Part shown: positions 41,101-48,647 of the stretch, one piece after another
Layout of the letters: the number at the start of each line of letters is the position of its first letter
How positions within the stretch are numbered: the stretch's first letter is position 1
NCBI GenBank assembly: GCA_013360285.1
Contig: JABWCM010000001.1
Location: 11,328 to 75,327 of the forward strand
DNA: 64,000 nucleotides
Direction: 5' to 3'
Origin: Myxococcales bacterium
GTDB taxonomy: Bacteria; Myxococcota_A; UBA9042; JABWCM01
Program-made: the position numbers and the translations under genes
Notes under the pieces: generated by a model
Told to the model about the DNA's origin: nothing
Databases searched by the model: none
Seen by the model: only the letters and a program-made list of their open reading frames with translations

Positions 41101-41916
41101 GTTGGCAAGGGAATAACTCATGCCGGCTCCCAACGACGGCCATGTGCCGGAATGCTGCAACGTGGTGCCTCCCAGAATACGGATCGCGTTCCATTTGGAC
41201 GGGAGCGTGTTAAGCAAAAACGCTGTGCCGCCCGCCAAAGCTGCGACCGCGTTGGGATGGGTTTGAATATGCCAACTGCCGTTGAGACCTACGGTATTGC
41301 CCGTCCAAAGCGGAATGGAAGCGGCATCCAGGATGTCTACACCGATGGCCTGACTTTGGCGAAACGTTGAATTGGAGACCACGGGTGAGGCGTTCTGAAT
41401 CCGCAGGTTACGGTTGGTGCACAACTCTACAGTGGTGTTGGAAATGCCGACTCCCGGTGCACCGACAATGTCGATTCCGATTATGGCTTTTTTGATTTGT
41501 GTATGCGTAATCGACACATTGGTCGCTTTGGCGGTGAGAATCAGCCCTGTCCAACTTCCGGCCGTGCCGCTTTCGGCATCCAACAAAACCGGCGACGGTC
41601 CTTGCCCGGAAACAACAAGGGTTCCCGTGGTACCGGCACCCACCGTGATGGAAGCGTTGGGAGCAAATAGGACTTTGACGCCCGGTTGAATCGTCAATGA
41701 GTATCCTTGGTCGATAATCAGTTTGGTTTGCAGCACATATTCGGTATCAGCCTGAAACGGCGCCGACGGCCCCCAAATCGTATTTTGGCCAAGTGTTGTA
41801 TAATTGATGAGCGTAAGCGCAAACGCAGGAGCCGGAATGGCCGCGGACAACACAAAAAACAAAAGCAATTGGCGAATACGCCGACGTAACAAGGACGGAT
41901 TGGCAACTTTTGGCAT
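32107..41916 (-). CDS. Giant (about 3270 aa) surface/secreted multidomain protein: signal peptide, four tandem ~340-aa right-handed beta-helix modules, Ig-like/FN3-like domains, FG-GAP/VCBS-like repeats, TSP3-like Asp-rich Ca-binding repeats, C-terminal Cys-rich region and dockerin-like module
   Basis: Preferred start ATG at 41916 (MPKVANPSLLRRRIRQLLLFFVLSAAIPAPAFA). Beta-helix repeats (..GAVFTALADDQHGGD..IRYGG..QGQYFGTNGPLGAG..) recur four times. FG-GAP-like VDWNGDGNRDWMVG, HLDWDGDGTYDLVLG. TSP3-like DPDGDGL.N..E. C-terminal CLKAGNPKYANVDCDSSVTIVDVNLIISLALGAPLNPLIDANANKCPDSCEL. Confidence 0.85.
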   Translation of the reverse strand: MPKVANPSLLRRRIRQLLLFFVLSAAIPAPAFALTLINYTTLGQNTIWGPSAPFQADTEYVLQTKLIIDQGYSLTIQPGVKVLFAPNASITVGAGTTGTLVVSGQGPSPVLLDAESGTAGSWTGLILTAKATNVSITHTQIKKAIIGIDIVGAPGVGISNTTVELCTNRNLRIQNASPVVSNSTFRQSQAIGVDILDAASIPLWTGNTVGLNGSWHIQTHPNAVAALAGGTAFLLNTLPSKWNAIRILGGTTLQHSGTWPSLGAGMSYSLANPGIVIAAPAVPVLTIGPGATVKIDNQAGTGNNSGSYIQVGSASNADAQGGLLAYNTVFTSSLDDTIGGDTNGDGATTVVAGLWNSIVFLNYALDSSTLDGCTVRYGGAVQGNYFGSNGPLGSGSLYGGVTISAANITLSDTTIESNDQFGVRIHTSGDTHLTNCTVQNSTGAGVYEDGSGTVTLTDCVIQNNGGIGVFADPVLASGTSFQSGNHYPISIDPNSVAGLVNPANNNTFVAKKTVGHYNGIEVRAGVITNTGVWSAVPGFVYTIRGGDIVSIQGNPLPTLTIGEGAIVKFGPSVGTSGANGTYLVVGHASNAALAGRLIATGAVFTALADDQHGGDLLGDGPTTVANGSYGGIVFFDTAADDSSLTDCTIRYGGASQGQYFGTNGPLGAGLLYGNITITGASPTISNCEIENAHYAAIRIATSGSVKVENTTIHNNTVYGILDEGTGPLLMSDCSVTNTAGYGVFGNNATITGTTFAKNALYPVSLTAASIGGVAAPASGNVFVPNTSPVHHNALVARAGVISKNDVWPDISPLAYVIEPGNIVSVQGTIVPTLSIEDNAVVKFGPHASTSGANGTYLMIGTTGDTSKKGRLVADGAIFTALDDDAYAGDTLGDGQKTLNAGLYGGIILTNQAAATSSISNCLFRHGGVTQGQYFGTNGPLGAGNLYGCVTIDGPAMSITNSTFENCDQFGVRIHSGKPVLDGLSVYGGKGTAIYDSGPGPVTVIGSQLQNNAVYGLYANEAVVLGTLFSGNTSYPVSVMANSVSGIVSPLSGNTFVPRTIPADRNAIEIRGGTISASGLWPHIPSFSYYIQDGTIVWVQGNPMPTLAIGSGAVVKFGLAASTSGANGTYLALGHASNAALSGKLVATGAIFTVSTDDSIAGDTTGNGPTAPAAGSYGGILLMETADDSSTIEGCTLKYGGQTQGQYFGTNAPLGAGSVYGCVTLAGVNAKVTNSTFQGCGTAAIYVHTGAPTIQNCSLLDGQGHGVYDAGSGPLTVSNCTINGNKGHGVYANNASITGSFFLGNANYPISLTPNSIAGLTAPGANNTWIANSSPAHHNAIFVRGGTMNQSGIWGGLPAGFTYVLEPGTITTVAGNPMPTLEFSPGTIVKFGPAASTSGANGTYIVVGHDTNAALTGKVIANGALFTSLADDTVGGDTENNGPTTIPTGGNYGGFVLLNLASDTSSFTASTFRYGGQTQGQYFGTNGPLGTGLYGAVTLVNAAPTINGCVFSNGGAGIRVTAGNAVVTGCTLQNNTVGMLVQGGAPQIHESQLVGNTSFGVQNLGALVVDATQNWWGSSTGPTHTTNPGGTGDAVTNLVLFNPWKTISSDLIAPGPIGDLQVIGVGIGTVLLTWTAPGDNGFTGTADAYDIRYSTSPITQATFGTAIPVGDPPTPVAAGDTQTWMAGGLPGGNVLYFAMKTIDAGGNPSVISNNTDNGPPVLVSMTPLSSETGTEVALTVSGTHLFPDATLSFVGTSMTVAAPNTVTTGTSLTTTVDLEGVPPGQYSVVVTNADGKSGNLAAKFVVKPVSVPPLAITPEGPQLVVAGDNLQFGIIGNFVPVSWSSSEPAVGIVDNNGLFTAVSSTTATTTTVTATNAGGGKLTSGLITVPLDFDNDGLKDSWETANGLNPKNPLDALGDPDGDTLTTGDEYKNNTDPFVFNPTLRVDSLVGGANVYADGTWGYPGRFVGPVQALAAVDTVARPHFVTVWATGYGTARAVGMELAESPVEIEVSPNPHSTPVAYGEPTLADIGILTGLVGPISVDAVDWNLDGDMDLVLGDGTGGLWITHNVGDQANPVWETPVAIETTGQPILLGAPTDPILVDWNGDRLLDLAAQESSGRFRFYMNTGSPTQPQFDQAPTYVQVPGPGNTLIDLVRPVPARPVVVDWNGDGNRDWMVGRADGHFELFLNVGTDNAPVLSGPTLMTGSNNTAPLDAGQEATPWFSYDLDGKGSRDLISGNGTGQVLLWTAAISGLFSYNPIQVIETDSTGRTVPMHLDWDGDGTYDLVLGQEDGTIRILPGLATIDAPTGVQASGTPDYTVVAWLPNQERGLEGYKIYRATAEEGPYIPWSVVGLETTLFKDFQVELDTPYWYKVTAFSALGESAPSTVVMAKAEPIVAMAITPPGPHKVVTGGTLQLAATGGITPYFWIVTNDNAGWIDDDGLFTATGFPTVNQTSIVIVLDALNNAALSGVITVPWDYDQDGLGDHWELDYGFDPTIANGADDPDGDGLKNDKEYQLNTDPLHPDTDGDQLEDGYEVNVGLDPLVDDSLADPDGDGLSNLKEMELGTLPFVDDRKTDHDGDFMFTAWEALQGTDPFVFDASDDPDGDGLPNLVEHENTTPPTVDNLTLTDQDNDGMPDMYEQAVGLHPLIADFWTDPDLDLMPTGIEYLNGTSPYVPNSALLDGDGDGLPTRWEAAYGTDWNTADATADPDLDAIPNTLEFLSGLLPLTHTDLLTDTDQDGLPDRYERVMGRNPLVANAGNDPDQDDKPDLLEMTSGANPDVANTQYGDMDGDGMPNYWERAFAPDLNWQVDDALGNPDFDNIKSIVEWLDGTSPMQQANDTDNDDMADIWELAWGVDDPQGNPDNDIFVNLNEFLDGTNPLKVDPYTIVLTPTLPIVMVGETIQFAVGASVAPLVWATSDNAVATIDGQGKLTGVSLGWVEVTVTDQNAQVGTTLAFVYPKAGLENIPLVVAPIANQIVVAGDTVDFEAFGGEPPYSWSVLNPNWATVNTNGVFVAKGSQTQSVTTRVVVQDSNGASVQSGILTIPYDHDGDGMNDAWEVIFGLDPHQNDAVFDPDHDGSNNICEWLEKTNPHDPGQAVPCESNCCEGGLLPGCNDPGVQTCVCGFDPACCLLAWDDECADIASEACGGGCCGNGVCTLDESCATCSADCGPCQVCSLELVGDVNGDNFINVSDTQCGILTSLWVLDNQSGPPPGCLKAGNPKYANVDCDSSVTIVDVNLIISLALGAPLNPLIDANANKCPDSCEL

Positions 41917-42582
41917 AACAATTCCCGCGTTTGTGGATTGGTTGAAGAGGATCAGCAACAACAATAAAATAATGAGGTACTGTTGGGGCCGAGATTCACT
42001 GATCCACACGATATCAAACTCCTGCGTGGCGCCATAGTGGCAAGTCACCACGACGGCGATGGTTTGGGTTACAACGATCAAGTCAGTCGACACGGATACG
42101 ATGAGGAGGTGACATCGTGTGATCGTGTCGACAGGCGGCGTCGACATGGGCGGCATATGTCATCAACATATCCCTGATGCCACTGAAACACTGTCGAACG
42201 TCACTTAACAGCCTCGTGACACGGCTTGATGGCCTCGTTGAGACCGTGATCGAACCAAACGGAGGTCAGTAGAACACGACCGTAGGTGGCAACGTGGCCT
42301 GCGGTATACCACTTCATGACCAACCGTGGCTTCTTCAACGTGTCGACAAGTCGTTTTTGGGATGGAACGGAGGTGTATGAATGACCACGGTTTGGGTTTA
42401 AGTGACCTATCCCTGGTGTTCAAATGGTGTGGGTAGTGCGTCGATGCCGTGTCGCGAAGCAATGCACCCAGGTGCGGAGGTGGTTATTTCGCCTGCCACC
42501 GTCTTGGGAACGAAGCCACTCATCATCGCTTGCCCTGCGGCGACACGTCATGGCATACACTGCTGCGGTTTCGAAACGAAGG

Positions 42583-45500
42583 ATAAGTATGAAATTGAAA
42601 TCTTCTCCCAAAAGCCCTGCAGCGTCACAATCCATTTCTCCGCGGTCTGTTGACCCACGGGTCCATTATGTAGTGGCGGCGACTGCGGCGTTGATGCAGC
42701 GGCCGCTGATGGATGACGCGGTGTGTGGATGCGCTGCGGCGATTTTAAAACAAATTCCGGACATACAAAGCTCCGAATCCGCCATCAAAAGCGCCTGGCA
42801 GTCCGTTTATGACAACGGCTGGCTGTTTTTGGAAAACAAACAACCGCGGAAATTTCGTTTTGTGGACACCTGGCGAACCACAGCGGTATGGAATGCGGCT
42901 CGTGCGGGGCTGCTCAAAGCTGTGGGGGAAGAAATCATGGTGGGTCCAAACGCCTACAATCAAAAAAACATGGCCGCCCACCGTTTGTATGATCCCACAG
43001 GCGATATGGAGCGAAGGGGGCTTTATTACCTTTTTGTTGGGGAATTGAAGTTGCTTACCCAGGTCGAGGAATTATGGCTGTCGGGTTCGATTCGTCATCA
43101 GGAGGCCTATAAACAAAGTTTTGCCCATAGGCTGCTCGCCGACCCGTTTTCCGAACAGATTATTCGTTGGTTGCCGCCCCATATCGAAAGTTGGTTTGCC
43201 GATTGGTGGATTGCCTGGGTTCGTTCCGGGCATATTTTGCCGGACCGCATGAACGACTACTTCCGCAGCCGGGCGCAAGAAGAAACGGCGCCGGAGTCGG
43301 TACGGCTGTGTGCGGCATGGATCTCATTTTGGTTGGGCAAGTGGGCGGATGCCAAACGGTTTGCTGCGGGTCTTCCGACTCAAGACGCAAAAATGATGCC
43401 GGCAATGTGTTCCGCTGCCCGCGGCGACCTTGTGGCTATTGCCGAGTTTGAAGAACAAATCGCGTCGCTAAAAGCCTCAAACAAAAAAGCCGTGGTGCTG
43501 TTGCCCGAAATTGTGGCTTTATACGGGTTTACGTTGATTCGTCGTCGTCAACCCAATGATTTGGTCGTTGCCGAAAAATTGATTGCAGACGCGGCAAAAA
43601 AATGGAAGTCGTCGGTATTGGTTCAGTCACTCAAGGTGCTGTTGTCGGTATTGACGGGGGCGGGTTGGGACGAGCTACGGGGCACGCCGGGTGTTGGATC
43701 GTCGGCTCTTTCGCGTTTGGTGGCGCACTTGGTTGATTTTATTGTGACGGATGGGCGCAGCCAATACCAGGCTGGGGAAATCGACTTCGCGACCAAACAA
43801 GTCGATCAGCGTTATTTTCGATGGATTTACGCCAATCTGTTGGCGATAAAACTGCGACTGGAACCCAAAGCGGGTTCGTTGGCTGGGCAGGTGGACCGGT
43901 ATTATGCAGATTTGGAAATCGAGCAATGGTTATGTGATAGGGTCGAAAGTCGACCGATCTGGGAACAGCAGTTGGATACCCTGGAGGCGTTATTGACCAC
44001 CGCGGTCGCTGAGGAAACGAACCGACAGGCACGGATTGCGTGGGTAGCCCAGTACACCGCAGACGGTTGGGTAGTGGGTGCGGTGGAGCAGAAACGTTTG
44101 CTCAAAGGGGACGGGTGGACCAAAGGAACCCAGGTCAGTTTATCGCGGTTAAAAGGGACCACGTCTGCGCCCCCGGAATCGTTGACCGACCAAGACAAAA
44201 TGGTGTGTGCGTTGATCCAGCAGCCATATTGGGGTGGCCCGTGTTTTCTGGATAGTGCCGAGGTATTCAAAGCGTTGATCGGCCACCCCGCGGTGTTCGT
44301 CGGGTCTACCTCCCACGATCCCGTTGAAGTCACCCGGGGGGAAGTGTCTTTGTCCATCACAAAAAAGAAGTCCGGATATCAGGTTCAACTGATTCCTTCG
44401 TTTCCGCCTCACGAAACAACGTTGGTCGTAGCCGAGGACCGGCGGCTTATCTTGTATGAATTGGACGAGCGGAAAGCGCGGGCGGCCGCTTTTTTAGGTA
44501 AGGGTTTGGCGGTTCCCGCCGAAGCCGAAACACGGATCAAAAGTTTGCTTCCGCGGCTTGCGGAATTGGGTACGGTTCATTCCGCCGTAGACGGCACAGG
44601 GACCGACTACGCCACCGTGATTGGCGATCCCCGACCCCGAGTGTTGTTGGTTCCCAGGGGAGCGGGATTGGTGGTCGATTTACGTGTCCGGCCATTGGGG
44701 GAAGGTACACCCGCGTTTATTCCCGGCCATGGCGGCAAAACCGTGATGTTGGATGTTTCCGGGGAGCGGAAAATGTGCACCCGCACGCTGAAGCAGGAAG
44801 TCGAGTTGGCAAAAGCGGTTGTCGAAGCCTGTTCCACTTTGGTTTCGCCTGATCCCAACGACGATGGGTGGACGTGGGAACTTACCGATCCCGTTGCTGC
44901 TTTGGAATTGTTGTCGGAATTGGGTCAACTGAAAGAATCCGTTGTGTTGGAGTGGGCGGAAGGCAAAAAGTTGACGCCACCGACGGAGGTATCCACGCGG
45001 TCGTTACATATCAACATCCGTACGAAATCCGATTATTTTGCTGCGTCGGCAAACGTTGTACTCGATGACGGCGCTCTGTTGGACTTTGGTGCACTCATTG
45101 AAGCGTATCGAAACCGCGGTCAGGGGCGGTTTGTGGTCATGGACAACGACCGGGTGATCGCGTTGTCCGAACAGTTACGCCGGACTTTGGAGGATTTGGA
45201 TACGCTGTGGGAAAAAACGAGCGGTGGGTATCGGTTTTCTCCGGTCCAGGCTTTGGCGTTACAACCGCTTCTGGAACAAATCGACCATGTCGATGCGGAT
45301 TCGTCGTGGAAAAAGTGGCTTGACCGGTTGACGGAATCCGAGCAGTTGTCTCCAGAGGTCCCCCCCCCCTTTCGGGACATTTTGCGGTCCTATCAAATAG
45401 ATGGATTTCAATGGTTGGCGCGGTTGGCTTATGCGCAGATGGGTGCCTGTTTGGCTGACGACATGGGGCTGGGCAAAACCATTCAGGTGTTGGCTTTGTT

Positions 45501-46752
45501 AACTTACCGAATGAAGCTGGGACCGGCGTTGGTCGCTGCGCCGACGTCGGTATGTATGAACTGGACCGACGAAACCCGTAAGTTTGCGCCGGACCTTCGC
45601 CCGTTGCTTTTTGGGGCGGGGGATCGGGCTCAAATGATCCGGGATGCAGGGCCGGGTGATTTGATCGTGGTCTCTTATGGGCTTCTGTTAAGTGAGTCCG
45701 AATTGTTGGCAAGTCGGCGGTTTTCAACGATTGTCTTGGACGAAGCGCAGTGGATCAAAAACGCGGTTGCAAAACGAACGCAAGCGGCGATGGCGTTACA
45801 AGGCGATTTTCGTGTCATTACCACCGGCACGCCGGTTGAAAATCACCTGGGTGAATTGTGGAATCTGTTTCGGTTTATCAATCCGGGGCTGTTGGGGTCG
45901 TGGAAAAAATTCAGCACGCGGTTTGCGGTTCCCATCGAACGGAATAACGACAAAACAGCACGGCGAAAACTCAAAACCTTACTCGGCCCGTTTATCCTTC
46001 GGCGGACAAAAGGCCAGGTGTTACAGGAATTGCCGTCGCGAACCGAGATCACGATTCAGGTTGTACCGACTGCGGAAGAAACCGCGTTTTATGAAGCTTT
46101 ACGCATACGGGCGGTTTCGGCGTTGCAGAAAAATGAGGGTGCACCGCCGGGCCAGAAACAAATCCAAGTGCTTGCGGAGTTGATGCGGTTACGCCGGGCA
46201 TGTTGTAATCCAAAACTGGTTGTGCCGGATGTTTCCATTTCCAGCAGCAAGTTGCAGATATTTTTGGATCTCGTCACCGAATTGTTGGAAGGTTCCCACC
46301 GGGCGCTGGTATTTAGCCAATTTGTGGATCATTTGGCGTTGGCAAAGGAGGCGCTGGATAGCCAGGGGGTGAAATATCAATATTTGGATGGTTCTACTCC
46401 GGCTCCGGACCGGCGGACAAGGGTCGAGGCGTTTCAACGCGGCGAAGGGGATTTGTTTTTGATAAGCCTCAAAGCGGGTGGGGTAGGACTCAATCTAACC
46501 GGTGCGGACTATGTGATCCATTTGGACCCCTGGTGGAATCCCGCAGTGGAAGACCAGGCCAGCGATCGGGCGCATCGGTTGGGACAGACCCGCCCGGTCA
46601 CGATTTATCGATTGGTGATGCAGGATACGGTCGAAAGCCGCATCGTGGATCTTCACCGCAGAAAACGGGATTTGGCGACCAGTTTATTGGAGGGAACGGA
46701 AAATGTCGGAAAACTGCAATACGAAGATCTCATCGCCTTGCTTCGGGACTAA
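42583..46752 (+). CDS. SNF2-family DNA-dependent ATPase/helicase (RapA/HepA-like) with a long N-terminal region
   Basis: AAGGA RBS before ATG 42583 (six-frame ORF 42424). Helicase motifs LADDMGLGKTIQVLAL (I), VLDEAQWIKN (II), helicase-C region LISLKAGGVGLNLTGADYVIHLDPWWNPAVEDQASDRAHRLGQTRPV (IV-VI). Confidence 0.85.
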   Translation: MSMKLKSSPKSPAASQSISPRSVDPRVHYVVAATAALMQRPLMDDAVCGCAAAILKQIPDIQSSESAIKSAWQSVYDNGWLFLENKQPRKFRFVDTWRTTAVWNAARAGLLKAVGEEIMVGPNAYNQKNMAAHRLYDPTGDMERRGLYYLFVGELKLLTQVEELWLSGSIRHQEAYKQSFAHRLLADPFSEQIIRWLPPHIESWFADWWIAWVRSGHILPDRMNDYFRSRAQEETAPESVRLCAAWISFWLGKWADAKRFAAGLPTQDAKMMPAMCSAARGDLVAIAEFEEQIASLKASNKKAVVLLPEIVALYGFTLIRRRQPNDLVVAEKLIADAAKKWKSSVLVQSLKVLLSVLTGAGWDELRGTPGVGSSALSRLVAHLVDFIVTDGRSQYQAGEIDFATKQVDQRYFRWIYANLLAIKLRLEPKAGSLAGQVDRYYADLEIEQWLCDRVESRPIWEQQLDTLEALLTTAVAEETNRQARIAWVAQYTADGWVVGAVEQKRLLKGDGWTKGTQVSLSRLKGTTSAPPESLTDQDKMVCALIQQPYWGGPCFLDSAEVFKALIGHPAVFVGSTSHDPVEVTRGEVSLSITKKKSGYQVQLIPSFPPHETTLVVAEDRRLILYELDERKARAAAFLGKGLAVPAEAETRIKSLLPRLAELGTVHSAVDGTGTDYATVIGDPRPRVLLVPRGAGLVVDLRVRPLGEGTPAFIPGHGGKTVMLDVSGERKMCTRTLKQEVELAKAVVEACSTLVSPDPNDDGWTWELTDPVAALELLSELGQLKESVVLEWAEGKKLTPPTEVSTRSLHINIRTKSDYFAASANVVLDDGALLDFGALIEAYRNRGQGRFVVMDNDRVIALSEQLRRTLEDLDTLWEKTSGGYRFSPVQALALQPLLEQIDHVDADSSWKKWLDRLTESEQLSPEVPPPFRDILRSYQIDGFQWLARLAYAQMGACLADDMGLGKTIQVLALLTYRMKLGPALVAAPTSVCMNWTDETRKFAPDLRPLLFGAGDRAQMIRDAGPGDLIVVSYGLLLSESELLASRRFSTIVLDEAQWIKNAVAKRTQAAMALQGDFRVITTGTPVENHLGELWNLFRFINPGLLGSWKKFSTRFAVPIERNNDKTARRKLKTLLGPFILRRTKGQVLQELPSRTEITIQVVPTAEETAFYEALRIRAVSALQKNEGAPPGQKQIQVLAELMRLRRACCNPKLVVPDVSISSSKLQIFLDLVTELLEGSHRALVFSQFVDHLALAKEALDSQGVKYQYLDGSTPAPDRRTRVEAFQRGEGDLFLISLKAGGVGLNLTGADYVIHLDPWWNPAVEDQASDRAHRLGQTRPVTIYRLVMQDTVESRIVDLHRRKRDLATSLLEGTENVGKLQYEDLIALLRD

Positions 46753-46761
46753 TTGACCTCT

Positions 46762-46913
46762 GAGTTTGTGAAAAAATAGCTGAACGAACTTGGATGGATG
46801 CTTTTGTCCCCGCTGCCCAGAAAAAAACCTGCGCCATATTGCCGATATGACTCGGTTTTTTTCCGTGCATCGGGACCAAAATCCTCGCGTCCAAGTCCGT
46901 CCCCATATTTTTT
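46762..46913. repeat. 152-bp element bounded by a perfect 17-bp terminal inverted repeat (GAGTTTGTGAAAAAATA ... TATTTTTTCACAAACTC); MITE-like
   Basis: Inverted repeats read directly at 46762-46778 and 46897-46913, in the 175-bp gap between convergent genes (SNF2 + and hypothetical -). Confidence 0.45.
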
Positions 46914-46927
46914 CACAAACTCTTGGT

Positions 46928-47437
46928 TCAAGGAAAATCGAGCGGTAGGGTGACTGCCACAGTGGTGTGTGGCGCAACAATTTTGAGTCCAATCGGCAAC
47001 AATCTCAAACAATTGGCTACGTCGGGACGGGAGTCGGTATCGCGAAGTTCGCTGATTCCGCGGGCGATTTCCAGTCCGGCCGCATTAAACGTCATGTTGA
47101 TCGAATAATGTGACTGGGCAGGCTCGGGTGTCTGCTCCACAATCGGCGTCCAACATTTGGGGATAAACAAACTGGTTTTGGCCTCTGCCAGTGCCGCGAT
47201 GATTTGTTTCTCGGCAACCACATAAACATCCTGCGGAGGATTGGTTGGTTCCTGTTGCCGAGTCGGGGCGTCTGTCTGCGGCACTTCCGGTTCGACCGCC
47301 GCCTCTGATTGGCGTTGTCCTGGCTGTGGGGGCGTTTCTATCGGAGCCGAACGTTCACTTAAGCCGAGAAACAATCCGATCGCGATAAAGATACTGCCAA
47401 GTAGAATGGAGCCGGGTATTAGCAGGGGGGACTTCAT
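46928..47437 (-). CDS. Hypothetical membrane-anchored protein, Pro/Gln/Glu-rich middle region
   Basis: N-terminal TM/signal MKSPLLIPGSILLGSIFIAIGLFLGL followed by low-complexity linker. Coding confidence moderate. Confidence 0.4.
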   Translation of the reverse strand: MKSPLLIPGSILLGSIFIAIGLFLGLSERSAPIETPPQPGQRQSEAAVEPEVPQTDAPTRQQEPTNPPQDVYVVAEKQIIAALAEAKTSLFIPKCWTPIVEQTPEPAQSHYSINMTFNAAGLEIARGISELRDTDSRPDVANCLRLLPIGLKIVAPHTTVAVTLPLDFP

Positions 47438-47449
47438 TAAAGACAGCGT

Positions 47450-48381
47450 TTAGTTGGTCACGAATGCACTGACGTAGCCGTATTCGTTGGAGTTCCAGTT
47501 TGGTGCGTTTGTGGCGCTGCTCTGGCCGCACATGCCGACCATGTACGTTCCGGCAGCAAGGTTGTTAATGATTCCGTTGATTCCAAACGTAATCCGGGTG
47601 TTTTGCGGAACTCGATTTCCCAAAATACCGCCGCCGATGCTTTGAATCGTGCTGCCCGGTGCGGTGGATTGATAACATATCCACAAATTGAGTTCCGCAG
47701 CACCTCCGGCCGCAGTTGAGCCCAGCGCTTTGTTTGCGATCACGATAATCTTTTGGCCGGCGGTGATGGAGACCGTCGGGGTTACCGAGATAAAGTCGAT
47801 CGACGGGGAGGCGTTACTCGGCACAGGATTTTTGCCGTAGCCGCTTGAAAATGCGGTTGCAACGATTCCGGACGGGCCTTGGGGTCCCTCGGGTCCGGTC
47901 GCGCCCGTGGCGCCGGTTGCCCCGGTTGCGCCGGTTGCCCCGGTATCGCCTTTGACACCTTGTGGTCCCATTGGTCCCATTGGTCCCATTGGTCCTTGTG
48001 GTCCGACAGGACCTGTGGGGCCTTGTAGTCCCTGCGGTCCCTGCGGTCCGGTGGGTCCCTGTATGCCCATCGTCACCGACATCGACGTGGTATAACGGGC
48101 TGATGGCGCGGTCTGGACAATCAACGAGTACGTGCCGGGGTCGGTCGTCGGCAGGTCGGCAATAATCATGGACGAATCAAAGGTGTCGAGCACCATCGTT
48201 GCACCGCCAAACAACACCGCCAAAGCACCACCGAAGTTGTTTCCGAAGATGATCAACTGACCGTTTGATAGGTCCACTTCCGCAGATGTAATCACCGGAG
48301 GGGGAGTGGCCGCAAAAGCCGCCGTAGTACTCAAAATAAGTGACGTAAAGATACCGCAAATCAATAATCTGACATTTTTCA
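47450..48381 (-). CDS. BclA-like collagen-like protein: signal peptide, IPT/TIG-like Ig domain, about 27 GXY triplets, C-terminal C1q/TNF-like jelly-roll domain
   Basis: RBS AGGAAAAAG before ATG 48381 ([24 protein letters not shown]; six-frame ORF starts 48451). [68 protein letters not shown]-terminal ~140-aa beta-rich domain ending ..[12 protein letters not shown]. Confidence 0.8.
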
Positions 48382-48647
48382 TGGCTTTTTCCTTTGGCAA
48401 AACGAACAACCGAGGGTGGATTGCGAATTGTCGGACCACGCGCGGGTTCAACTGGATTGGTCGTATCGCACTGGCGATCCAGATGCAACCGCGGAATTGT
48501 CATCGGTTCATTATTAACAAGAGGGTGTTTGGGAAAAAATTGCCGGTGAGCGAAACAGTGGTCGTAACGAGTCGGCCGGCCGACCGAGGCACGGCCGACG
48601 TAGTAGGCCAGTGTTTCGAGTAACGTAATTTTTTACCCAAACACCTT

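Noticed and set aside
42424-42582. 53-aa N-terminal extension of the SNF2 helicase ORF
   Set aside because: Arg/Cys-rich with no RBS. ATG 42583 has an AAGGA Shine-Dalgarno and begins a plausible N-terminus.
48560-48600. GC-rich palindrome GTCGGCCGGCCGAC downstream of the M20-like gene
   Set aside because: A zero-loop palindrome cannot form a stable terminator hairpin, and no T/A tract is present. It may be a restriction-site-like palindrome only.
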